This document shows positions 19,015 to 26,088 of a stretch of DNA of 36,304 bases, in pieces. Numbering within the stretch: the first letter of the stretch is position 1; every line of letters starts with the position of its first letter. The translations under genes were made by a program, and so were the position numbers. The DNA comes from a virus. Its lineage: Duplodnaviria; Caudoviricetes. The notes beneath the pieces were generated by a model. That model saw nothing but the letters and a program-made list of their open reading frames with translations. It had not been told where the DNA came from and did no database searches. Location: the IMG/VR virus record IMGVR_UViG_3300025875_000771, positions 1 to 36,304 of that record; one strand, given 5' to 3'.

Positions 19015-19090
19015 GCGTGGGGAGAGAAACGTTGCCGCCCCGGAGGTACCGGCAGGTGCGCGTCCTAGGTGGTCCCCCCACCCCTCAGGT
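19015..19090 (-). other. Probable cos (packaging) region
   Basis: Non-coding gap between HNH and terS with GGGGTGGGGG and TTTCTCTCCCC blocks, an arrangement typical of cos actinophages; exact cut site not determinable. Confidence 0.5.
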
Positions 19091-19101
19091 GACTCCCAGG
19101 T

Positions 19102-19443
19102 TCACCATTGACGCGAGGTCGGGTACTCGCCTCGCGTGGTGTTTCCGCGTCGTGAGTTGCACCCGTAGTGCGCTGGCTTGAGTCCGGAGAGCCGCATGAC
19201 GTCGCCGCCGAGCGAGGTCGGCCGCACGTGGTCGGCGCTGAAAGCCATCCGGTCGCGACCTGTCAGTCGGTAGTCGATGGGTTTACGGCAGAGCCAGCAT
19301 GGGTCGTTGCGTGTGGCGCATTCTGCTTTGAAGCGGGCGACGAGGTTGGTCCAGGCTTCACCGCTGCCGGGCAATGGCGTTCCTCGCAGTCTTTGGCGAG
19401 TGATGGCACCGGATAGCTGGTCCCGCAGTATCCGCAGGTCCAC
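19102..19443 (-). CDS. Packaging-associated HNH endonuclease
   Basis: CWLC...SADHVRP..LGG...PAHYGCNSRRG, ends TSRQW; directly upstream of terS. Confidence 0.85.
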   Translation of the reverse strand: MDLRILRDQLSGAITRQRLRGTPLPGSGEAWTNLVARFKAECATRNDPCWLCRKPIDYRLTGRDRMAFSADHVRPTSLGGDVMRLSGLKPAHYGCNSRRGNTTRGEYPTSRQW

Positions 19444-19450
19444 GGGTCAG

Positions 19451-19639
19451 CTATGGCCGCACGCCCGTGAGGCTGTATTCGAGCTCGTCGGCGATGGGCG
19501 CGAACACGGGCATCTCGACCCGGAGGATGTCGAGCCTTGCGATGGTGTCGTCGATGTGTCGTTCGTAGCTGTCGGCCCGTTTGAGTTCCACGGACAGCGC
19601 ATCGAGCAGCCGGTCTTCGCGGCGTCCGACATCAACCAT
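19451..19639 (-). CDS. Hypothetical protein (62 aa)
   Basis: Helical, protein-like composition; overlaps upstream small ORF. Confidence 0.55.
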   Translation of the reverse strand: MVDVGRREDRLLDALSVELKRADSYERHIDDTIARLDILRVEMPVFAPIADELEYSLTGVRP

Positions 19640-19805
19640 CGACAGCGACCACGTTCCCCGGATCGGGCATCGCCCCGGCTAACCGCATGAGGTTGTCGAA
19701 TGCGTTGGCGGTGATGAGGATGCAGCCGCGTGTGTTGACGTAGGCGTCGATGGTGTTGCCGTCGGGTGTGAGGTAGTGGAGGTGGTGCGGGTCGAGGTTG
19801 ACCAT
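19632..19805 (-). CDS. Hypothetical protein (57 aa, not in ORF track): MVNLDPHHLHYLTPDGNTIDAYVNTRGCILITANAFDNLMRLAGAMPDPGNVVAVDG
   Basis: Translated by hand; GAGGAGG RBS; fills the gap between neighbours. Confidence 0.65.
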   Translation of the reverse strand: MVNLDPHHLHYLTPDGNTIDAYVNTRGCILITANAFDNLMRLAGAMPDPGNVVAVDG

Positions 19806-19815
19806 GTGGCCTCCT

Positions 19816-20196
19816 CTACAGCCAGATGACGGCCGCGGTGTTGATGAGCAGGTGCAACGTGTTGTCGCACGCGATCATCAGCCAGACGGCGAGCCATGCG
19901 GGTGTCTGCTCGGTGTAGCCGGTGGCGGTGTGTCCGGGCCGGAACGCGCGGGGTGCGAGCTGGTTCTTAAACCAGACGAGGTGGCGCGCAAGCCGGTACC
20001 GATCGATGACGATGTGGGTTCCGCCGATGACAAGGAGTGCAGCCGGCGACTGTGTGACGAGCAGATACGGGATCGTGTAGGTGATGCCGTGGGCGATGGC
20101 TGGTGCCCAGCGCTTCGTCTTCTCCTCGGCCATCCAGTGCGTCTGGAAGAGGTAGTCGCCGACGAGGTGTACGAGGAGGATCCCGAGACCGAGCAT
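19816..20196 (-). CDS. DUF3307-like membrane protein
   Basis: HLVGDYLFQ..WMA..K, H...Y, HIVIDR and DNTLH motifs. Confidence 0.8.
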   Translation of the reverse strand: MLGLGILLVHLVGDYLFQTHWMAEEKTKRWAPAIAHGITYTIPYLLVTQSPAALLVIGGTHIVIDRYRLARHLVWFKNQLAPRAFRPGHTATGYTEQTPAWLAVWLMIACDNTLHLLINTAAVIWL

Positions 20197-20233
20197 GTGG
20201 CCTCCTCGGTTTATCCCGTTCGGCTAAAGGGCA

Positions 20234-20428
20234 CTAAACGTTGAAAAGCGTCCCGTCGCCGGCGAGCGCGGTGGAGCAGGTGACCCGGTACGGGTTGTAC
20301 GACGGCCACGGCGACACATATCGCGGGTCGATCCACACGGGCTGGTACGCCGGGGCCGATCGTGGAAGCCGCAGCACGATCGCATCTGCAAGGCGGGCGA
20401 TGTCGTCGTCACTGAGCTGCTTCGACAT
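20234..20428 (-). CDS. Hypothetical protein (64 aa)
   Basis: GAGGAGG RBS; MSKQLSDDDIARLADAIV. Confidence 0.6.
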   Translation of the reverse strand: MSKQLSDDDIARLADAIVLRLPRSAPAYQPVWIDPRYVSPWPSYNPYRVTCSTALAGDGTLFNV

Positions 20429-20533
20429 GTGGCCTCCTCGGTGGGGGTTCCGTCTCTCGCGCGGTCGTGGTGTCGCTGTGTTTGCACGGGGGGTGTGCGG
20501 TGCGAGTGAGTGGTGGTCCGCGGGACGGAAGTT

Positions 20534-21037
20534 CTAGGCGCTCTGTTTGCGAGCGACGTACTGAGCGTGGCGCTGTTCCCGGAGGCACGCGCGACAGAGG
20601 CGGATTCGCTTGCCGCCGTGGTTCTGGTAGCGGGTATTGGCCTCGTCGTACTCGTGGCCGCTGGGGCAATGCGTGACGTTGCGTACCCCGCGCAGTCCGC
20701 GCCCGACGTTCTCTTGCCTGGTGACGGCTTCGAGGTGCGCCGGGTTCACGCAACGGGTGTTGCGGCAGAGGTGATCGATGTGGAGATCGTCGGGGAGCTT
20801 GTGTCCGAAGTCCCTGTATGCGATTCGGTGGGCCGGCGTGCCGATCCCGTGGAGCCGGAAGCGCCCGTAGCGGGTGCCGCTACCTGCGGCCCAGCCGGTC
20901 CACATCCAGCATTCGCCTTGGGCCGTGGAGAGCGGATCGTCCAGGTGTGCGGTGCCGCCGTGGAAGTCGACGTGCTGCCAGAAGCGCGGCCCGTCGTACT
21001 CGTCTAGGAACCATCCGGCGTCGGTAGGCTGTCCCAT
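20534..21037 (-). CDS. HNH homing-type endonuclease with C-terminal Zn module
   Basis: RFW..V, CWMWTG, AHRIAY, IDHLCRN..CVNPAHLEAVT..EN, THCPSGHEY...C..C. Confidence 0.9.
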   Translation of the reverse strand: MGQPTDAGWFLDEYDGPRFWQHVDFHGGTAHLDDPLSTAQGECWMWTGWAAGSGTRYGRFRLHGIGTPAHRIAYRDFGHKLPDDLHIDHLCRNTRCVNPAHLEAVTRQENVGRGLRGVRNVTHCPSGHEYDEANTRYQNHGGKRIRLCRACLREQRHAQYVARKQSA

Positions 21038-21097
21038 ATCAACTCCTCATCCGAGTTGGTCATGCCCCCGGTCGATTCCAGTCGATGCGGGGGTCTT

Positions 21098-21146
21098 AAA
21101 CACGAAGCGCCCTAGGTGGCCGGAAGAACCGACACTTCTAGAGCGC
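21098..21146 (-). terminator. Hairpin + U-rich tail just downstream of putative late promoter
   Basis: GCGCTCTAG/CTAGGGCGC stem with inner GTG-TCGG/CCGG-C-CAC pairing, followed by TTCGTGTTT. Confidence 0.5.
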
Positions 21147-21151
21147 GCCTC

Positions 21152-21181
21152 ACTCTAACTGGCTTTCTTCGGGGCGCGCAA
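21152..21181 (-). promoter_or_regulatory. Putative late promoter TTGCGC-N18-TAGAGT
   Basis: SigA-like hexamers in the gap after the last early gene. Confidence 0.5.
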
Positions 21182-21211
21182 GCCCTGTTTCGGCGCGTCT
21201 TTGTTCGACGG

Positions 21212-21886
21212 TCATGCTGCGCCTTCCGCCTGCTTCTGTTCGAGTTCGTAGGCGAGCTCGCGCACTCCCCAAACGGCCTCGCAAGAGCGACACATTCCGC
21301 GTGCCTGCTGGACCATGTCGGGGCCGGTGGACGGTTTGTACCGGATGACGAGCGGGTGGAAGTATTCGGCACCGTCACGCCACCAGGTGGTCGCTCCGCA
21401 GGTTGGGCACTCGTCCGGAAGCTCCCGTTCGCGGTGGGGGTCGAGTTTCGCCCGGATGATGTTCGTCCATTTGCCGAGGATCTTGATGTGGGCGGTGTCG
21501 ACCTCGTCGGAGTGCTGGTGTTGCATCTGTGCGACGTACCAGGCGCGGAGGTTTTGGGCGGGGTCTTTGCCGGGGATGAGTTTCTGGCCGCGGCACCAGT
21601 CCCGGATTTGTGAGTCGATTTGGACGAGTTTCATGAGGGCGTCGGCGTCGAGGAGATTCCGTTCGAAGCTGAGGGATGCGCCGTTTGAGGTGCCGCCCAT
21701 GTTGGCGCGGATGGCGTCGGCCAACTGTGTGAGTAGTGGCGGCAGCGTGATGTGCACGGTTTGGGTGCCGGTGACGTGTCCGTTGGTGAGGATGTCTTGG
21801 CGTTCGCGTCGGTGGCGGACGAGGGTGAGGTCGTCAACGGCGTCGAGGAGCGTCCAGGTGTTCGGCGTGTTGGTCTGCTCGGTCAC
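21212..21886 (-). CDS. Zn-finger protein, candidate late-gene regulator
   Basis: PPLLTQLADAI, CPTCG...CRSC..VW; last early gene before the late region; GTGA overlap start. Confidence 0.6.
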   Translation of the reverse strand: MTEQTNTPNTWTLLDAVDDLTLVRHRRERQDILTNGHVTGTQTVHITLPPLLTQLADAIRANMGGTSNGASLSFERNLLDADALMKLVQIDSQIRDWCRGQKLIPGKDPAQNLRAWYVAQMQHQHSDEVDTAHIKILGKWTNIIRAKLDPHRERELPDECPTCGATTWWRDGAEYFHPLVIRYKPSTGPDMVQQARGMCRSCEAVWGVRELAYELEQKQAEGAA

Positions 21887-22101
21887 TTGTTCCCCCGGTA
21901 CGGATTGTCCTGAGTGCATTCCTGATCCCAACCGTTCGGTTTTGCCTCATGGTCGAGCACGTCTGCCTCGCCGGCATCAAAGCCTTCGTCCCATGCGTGG
22001 GCGGCGATGTCGCGAAGCGCTGCGAGGTGGCGTGGGTCGAATTCGCGGCCGTCGTCGGGGACGTGGTCGCGGTAGAGGTGTTTCAACTGGTGATCCTGCA
22101 T
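21883..22101 (-). CDS. Hypothetical protein (AWDEG...NPY type)
   Basis: 72 aa, GAGGGG RBS, coupled to next gene. Confidence 0.7.
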   Translation of the reverse strand: MQDHQLKHLYRDHVPDDGREFDPRHLAALRDIAAHAWDEGFDAGEADVLDHEAKPNGWDQECTQDNPYRGNK

Positions 22102-22172
22102 TGCTGCTGTTTCCCCTCGTGGCGGCTTTTGTTGGTGTGCGGGTTCGTGGACCCGGGTGGCCTGTTCGTGGC

Positions 22173-22499
22173 TTAGACGGCGGCTGGTGGCGTGTGAAGG
22201 TGGTTTCGGGCGATGATCCGCGCCATGCCATTCCGGTATCCGCGCTCCTCGGCCTCCACGAGCGCGTTGACCATCGCGTCCTTCTGGACATCCATGACGG
22301 TCTGCGTGTGCTGGCGGATGGTGGCCTCAGCGATCGCCTTGTCCCGGTTGGCGAGCCAGCCGGAGGCGAGGATTACGTCAGCCTGCTGGAGCGCGGTCCG
22401 CCAGGGCAGCGCCGCTTCCTCACGTAGAAACTCCGCAGCGAAAGCGCTGTCACCGGCGCTGCTGAGAATCAGCATGGCGAGTTCTTCGCGTTCGTTCAT
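22173..22499 (-). CDS. Hypothetical protein
   Basis: Start MNEREEL with GAGG RBS and ATGA overlap. Confidence 0.7.
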   Translation of the reverse strand: MNEREELAMLILSSAGDSAFAAEFLREEAALPWRTALQQADVILASGWLANRDKAIAEATIRQHTQTVMDVQKDAMVNALVEAEERGYRNGMARIIARNHLHTPPAAV

Positions 22500-22717
22500 G
22501 CGCTTTTCCTCTCTCGTCGTTCTTGCATTCGTCGCCGTCTCGCCCATCCGAGTACCCCGTATTCCACCGCGAGCCGGATTTTCCAGTCGTGGTCGGCGTG
22601 CCATGTGCGTTTGCGTGCGGCGTCGTCGAGTTGCCACCGGATTTGTCGTTGCCGTGGGTGTTCTGGCCGTTCTGTTTCGAGTTCGGCGAGCCACTCCTCA
22701 CGCGACGGGATCGGCAC
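22496..22717 (-). CDS. Hypothetical protein
   Basis: Likely GTG start VPIPSREEWLAELE; fills gap with coupled stop. Confidence 0.55.
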   Translation of the reverse strand: MPIPSREEWLAELETERPEHPRQRQIRWQLDDAARKRTWHADHDWKIRLAVEYGVLGWARRRRMQERRERKSA

Positions 22718-23048
22718 TGGTCCACCCGTACCAGCGGTCGATTCGCGGCCGGACGTAGGTTTGCAACCACTGCTCGACATCCGCTCGCGAGAACACCGCC
22801 GCCTCGAACTGCGTGTATTTCGTGAGACGGGGAAGGAAGATCCCGAGGTAGAAGGTGACCGGCTCGCCCTCTTCGCCGTCCTCCGGGTCAGTGAACAGCC
22901 AGGACTGGATCATGTTCAGCCCCTCAACCTGCTTCTCCACCGTGCTGCGGAGCGCGTCGAAGTCCCGGAACTTCTCCTCGAAGGTGGGGTAGTCGGTGAG
23001 CGGGTACATCTCCGGCTCGTCGATCACCACGTCGGACGCTGCGCCCAT
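22698..23048 (-). CDS. Hypothetical protein
   Basis: TGATG overlap with ssb; globular composition. Confidence 0.7.
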   Translation of the reverse strand: MGAASDVVIDEPEMYPLTDYPTFEEKFRDFDALRSTVEKQVEGLNMIQSWLFTDPEDGEEGEPVTFYLGIFLPRLTKYTQFEAAVFSRADVEQWLQTYVRPRIDRWYGWTSADPVA

Positions 23049-23371
23049 CACCACGCCGCCTCTGCACTGGATCCCCACGGGTCTTCCGGTGGTGTGCCCC
23101 ACTCATCAGCCGGCGCGGTCGCAGGGGTCGAAGCTCCCACAGGCGTGACGGTCGCGTTGTTGACGGCGTGGTCGACGAACTTCGCTTCGCCGCCTTCCTC
23201 GCGCGGTTTCGCGACCGTCGTCTTGAGTTCTCCGGTGACGGTGACCCGTTGCCCCTTCTCGCCGGATGCGTTCCAGACTTGCCAGCGACGCTTCGATGGT
23301 GCGTCTTCCTGGACGGCGACGAACTTCGGGTGGGTGAAGACGATCTCGCCCTCGAAGGTGACGGTTGCCAT
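23048..23371 (-). CDS. Single-stranded DNA-binding protein (minimal OB fold)
   Basis: MATVTFEG...KGQRVTVTGELKT; acidic tail DEWG..EDPWG; AAGGAG RBS. Confidence 0.7.
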   Translation of the reverse strand: MATVTFEGEIVFTHPKFVAVQEDAPSKRRWQVWNASGEKGQRVTVTGELKTTVAKPREEGGEAKFVDHAVNNATVTPVGASTPATAPADEWGTPPEDPWGSSAEAAW

Positions 23372-23478
23372 TAGTTGCTCTCCTTGGTGGTGGTCTCGTT
23401 GTTCGTCGGTCGCGCGCCGCACCATGAGCAGTCGGCGTGCCATGCGCAGGACATCCGGTCGTCGGTTTCGTTGCTCAT
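23371..23478 (-). CDS. Tiny Cys-rich hypothetical protein (35 aa)
   Basis: MSNETDDRMSCAWHADCSWCG...; ATGA and TAATG overlaps at both ends. Confidence 0.45.
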   Translation of the reverse strand: MSNETDDRMSCAWHADCSWCGARPTNNETTTKESN

Positions 23479-23660
23479 TCCGTTGCCGCCACTTCGTCGA
23501 GGAACCCGCGCACCCGCTCGATCACGACAGCGTCCGCGTCTCCCACCGAGACGAGTTCGTGGTAGCCCCGGCACCTGCCCCATTCGCCCTCAATCTGGAC
23601 GAGCATTCCCTGTGCGAGCTCAACCAGTTCGCGGGCTGCCTCACGTTCCTCGGAGTTCAT
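23475..23660 (-). CDS. Hypothetical protein
   Basis: MNSEEREAAREL; GAAAGGAAG upstream. Confidence 0.65.
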   Translation of the reverse strand: MNSEEREAARELVELAQGMLVQIEGEWGRCRGYHELVSVGDADAVVIERVRGFLDEVAATE

Positions 23661-23721
23661 TCCGCACTCTTCCTTTCGTTGTTGTCCCCTTCGCACCCAA
23701 CAGCGAGAGGGCGGGCGGGGG

Positions 23722-23967
23722 TTACCACTGCCAGTCCTTCTCGAGCCGGTCGAGGTACTCGCGGTCTGCTTGCCATGCGAACATCCACCGCTGTGCCGTG
23801 GGGCACTTCGGGCAGTGCAGCGCGTCCTCATGAGCGACGAGGGGCGTCGTGGAGTGTTGGCCGCAGGTGAACCCATGCCCGAAGACCTGGGACCGGTCGA
23901 ACTGCTCTTGCTGCTCGCCCGTGAAGGGCGCGTACACGTAGCCGCTCGGTGCCTCGGAGGTGCTCAT
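23722..23967 (-). CDS. Zn-ribbon hypothetical protein
   Basis: HGFTCGQH...LHCPKC..AQRW. Confidence 0.7.
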   Translation of the reverse strand: MSTSEAPSGYVYAPFTGEQQEQFDRSQVFGHGFTCGQHSTTPLVAHEDALHCPKCPTAQRWMFAWQADREYLDRLEKDWQW

Positions 23968-24019
23968 GTCGCCTTCCGTTCCGCCGCGCACTCTTCGCCG
24001 TGCTTCTCGAGTGGGCGGG

Positions 24020-24247
24020 TCACAGGAGCACCTGCCGCACGTCATTTCCGTCGGCATCGCGTGTGAGCACGATGCGTCCCTCTGCCGTCTCGCGCCGGAA
24101 GTGGTCGTACAGTCCGATCGCACGTCGGATCGTTTCGGTGGCGGAGATCCCGTTGTCCTTCTCGCGTTGCAGGATCGCGGCGGTCTCCGCGTTGACGTTG
24201 ATGTTCAGGCGGACGACGTTGGGTGTCCGCTCAGACGAAGACGCCAT
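24020..24247 (-). CDS. Ribbon-helix-helix (CopG-like) DNA-binding protein
   Basis: VRLNINVN beta strand followed by helices, GISATETIRRAI. Confidence 0.75.
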   Translation of the reverse strand: MASSSERTPNVVRLNINVNAETAAILQREKDNGISATETIRRAIGLYDHFRRETAEGRIVLTRDADGNDVRQVLL

Positions 24248-24479
24248 CGGCCATCCCTTCGAGGATCGCCCGCGCCTTGGCGATGTCCCCGTCCGCGATC
24301 ATCTGCCGCGGCGTACGGCCACCACCGAAACGGGGCTGCGGGGCGTCCAGCCACAACCGGATCCCGTCGTTCAGGTAGACCTCGCCCGCTACGAGCATCA
24401 GTGCGATGACTTCCTCCGCAGTCTCTGCGTCGTGTTGAAGCAACGCGTCGTAGTCCTCGAACACAATGCGTACGGTCAC
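24231..24479 (-). CDS. MbcA/ParS/Xre antitoxin C-terminal-like (DUF2384-like) protein
   Basis: WLDAPQPRFGGGRTPRQMIADG...V/A..L..M.DGVFV pattern; AAGGAGG RBS. Confidence 0.7.
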   Translation of the reverse strand: MTVRIVFEDYDALLQHDAETAEEVIALMLVAGEVYLNDGIRLWLDAPQPRFGGGRTPRQMIADGDIAKARAILEGMADGVFV

Positions 24480-24781
24480 AGTTCCTCCTTCAGCACCGCG
24501 AGAACGTCGCGTGCCATCTCACGTGCCGCCATCTGACCCCGAGCGGTCACCGGGCCCATGCGCGGATTGAATGCGTGGGGCATCACTACTCGGGCAATCG
24601 AGACCAGTCGCTCGTCTGTTTCTTCGAACAGGGCACGCACCCGTTTGAGCTCCGCCTGGCACGCCGCCAATCCCGCTTCAGCCTTGGCCCGGTCGCGTTC
24701 TGCCGCTTCCCGCATCCCGAGTGCGGTTGCGATGCGATGCTCCGTGCCCGACGGGTTCTTCGTTTCCTTAGGTGCGACCAT
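24476..24781 (-). CDS. Hypothetical coiled-coil protein
   Basis: Start MVAPKET, TGATG overlap, AGGAGG RBS. Confidence 0.65.
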   Translation of the reverse strand: MVAPKETKNPSGTEHRIATALGMREAAERDRAKAEAGLAACQAELKRVRALFEETDERLVSIARVVMPHAFNPRMGPVTARGQMAAREMARDVLAVLKEEL

Positions 24782-24957
24782 CAGCGGTGCCTCCTGCGGA
24801 GTCGTCGCGCCCAGGGTGGGGCGACGCTCATGTCTTTGTGGATGGGGCGGAGCATCTTGTGGTCGATGGCGTCGTAGCGGCCTGACCATGCCTTGCGCCC
24901 GAACATGGGGTCGGAACGTTCGGTGACGTAGACCGCGCGCTTACGTCGGTGGCCCAT
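24781..24957 (-). CDS. Small basic hypothetical protein
   Basis: MGHRRKRA..., coupled at both ends. Confidence 0.55.
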   Translation of the reverse strand: MGHRRKRAVYVTERSDPMFGRKAWSGRYDAIDHKMLRPIHKDMSVAPPWARRLRRRHR

Positions 24958-25199
24958 CAGTCCTCCGTGTATGGGTTGGTCATCACGGCGGGCCCGTCGC
25001 CGTTGTTGAAGTCGTCGACGTCGCTGGCCCCGCGACGCCACGCAGCAGCGGCCACATCGCGGTCATGCGCGGCTAGCCACCGGTCGAACTCCTCGCGGTA
25101 TTCGCGCCGGTCCGCATCGAAGTCGAGTGCGCGGCCCCGGATCGCGTTCAAGCACCACGCGTTCCGCACAGCCTCAGTCGTTGGTGTGATGTCAGCCAT
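24957..25199 (-). CDS. Hypothetical protein (FDRWLAAHD...AW..G...NPY type)
   Basis: Start [22 protein letters not shown] overlap. Confidence 0.7.
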   Translation of the reverse strand: MADITPTTEAVRNAWCLNAIRGRALDFDADRREYREEFDRWLAAHDRDVAAAAWRRGASDVDDFNNGDGPAVMTNPYTED

Positions 25200-25525
25200 C
25201 AGTTCTCCTCCTCGAATACGTCGGATGGCACCCATGCGCGTTGGAGGGACGACCACCTCTCGACACCGACAAGCGATCCCGCACTCAAGGCGTGGATGGC
25301 GAGCGGGGCGGCCGCATCGATGTTGTGGAAGTAACACCGAGCCGTACCCGTGCGCTGCGTGAACATCACCGCGTAGCCGTACCCGCCGGGATTGTCGGGG
25401 TGCACCCGCTTCGACCGGGCGACGAGTTCTGCCGCTTTCTCGTCCGACACGGTCTCCCGCAGATACTTCGCCGCGGGGGTGCCGAACGAGGACGCCTCGA
25501 ACTTCGCCATGAAGTCGTCAGTCAT
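25199..25525 (-). CDS. Hypothetical protein
   Basis: Start [25 protein letters not shown]. Confidence 0.7.
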   Translation of the reverse strand: MTDDFMAKFEASSFGTPAAKYLRETVSDEKAAELVARSKRVHPDNPGGYGYAVMFTQRTGTARCYFHNIDAAAPLAIHALSAGSLVGVERWSSLQRAWVPSDVFEEEN

Positions 25526-25868
25526 CGCTGCCCTCCAATGCGTCCTCCCATTCGCCGCCAAAGTCGAACGCCTGCTGAGACAGCCGCTTAGCGGTGACCT
25601 CGCAGAACCGTTCGTCGATCTCGACACCGATCGCCTTCACGCCCCGCTTCTGCGCTGCGACGAGCGTCGAACCAGATCCGGCGAACGCGTCGAACCGCTG
25701 GAACGCCGACCATGTGACGTTCCCGTCCCACCCCTGCCCGCCGGAGCGCAGGTACTCGATCGCGTCCATCGCCGTCGCGCCGCACTCAAGGCAGGGTGGG
25801 AGGATGAGCCGCCCCGAGGGTTCGGCCTCCTCGACAAATACACACATGTGCTCAGATGAAATCGTCAT
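25518..25868 (-). pseudogene. Chimeric ORF: small Cys-containing N-terminus fused to the C-terminal SAM-binding fragment of a DNA methyltransferase
   Basis: [13 protein letters not shown]...[16 protein letters not shown] present; no (D/S/N)PPY motif. Confidence 0.6.
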
Positions 25869-26088
25869 CGACCACCCCTTCAAGGTTTGCGTGCGCCTTG
25901 CCGGCCTCGCCCTGAGGCTCTTCGCAGGCCGCCGCCGTACGGGCCTCTAGCCGCTCATGGAGGAGCCCCCTTACGAGGGCGCGCCAGTACGCGGCTGCGG
26001 CCCGATCGGTACGTGGAGCCGCGGCATCCAGGCCGGCCAGCTCATCGACCACGGAAATTGTCGGAGTGCCGGTGACCACCCCGCTCAT
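25852..26088 (-). CDS. Hypothetical protein
   Basis: ATGA overlap with replication initiator. Confidence 0.55.
   Translation of the reverse strand: MSGVVTGTPTISVVDELAGLDAAAPRTDRAAAAYWRALVRGLLHERLEARTAAACEEPQGEAGKAHANLEGVVDDDFI

Noticed and set aside
19803-20442. Repeats as a CRISPR-like array
   Set aside because: Repeats are only 14-17 bp, the intervening segments are whole genes of unequal length, and there are no cas genes
24020-24479. Complete type II toxin-antitoxin operon
   Set aside because: Both genes look like antitoxin/DNA-binding modules, and no toxin fold (RES, RelE, PIN, HicA) is recognisable nearby
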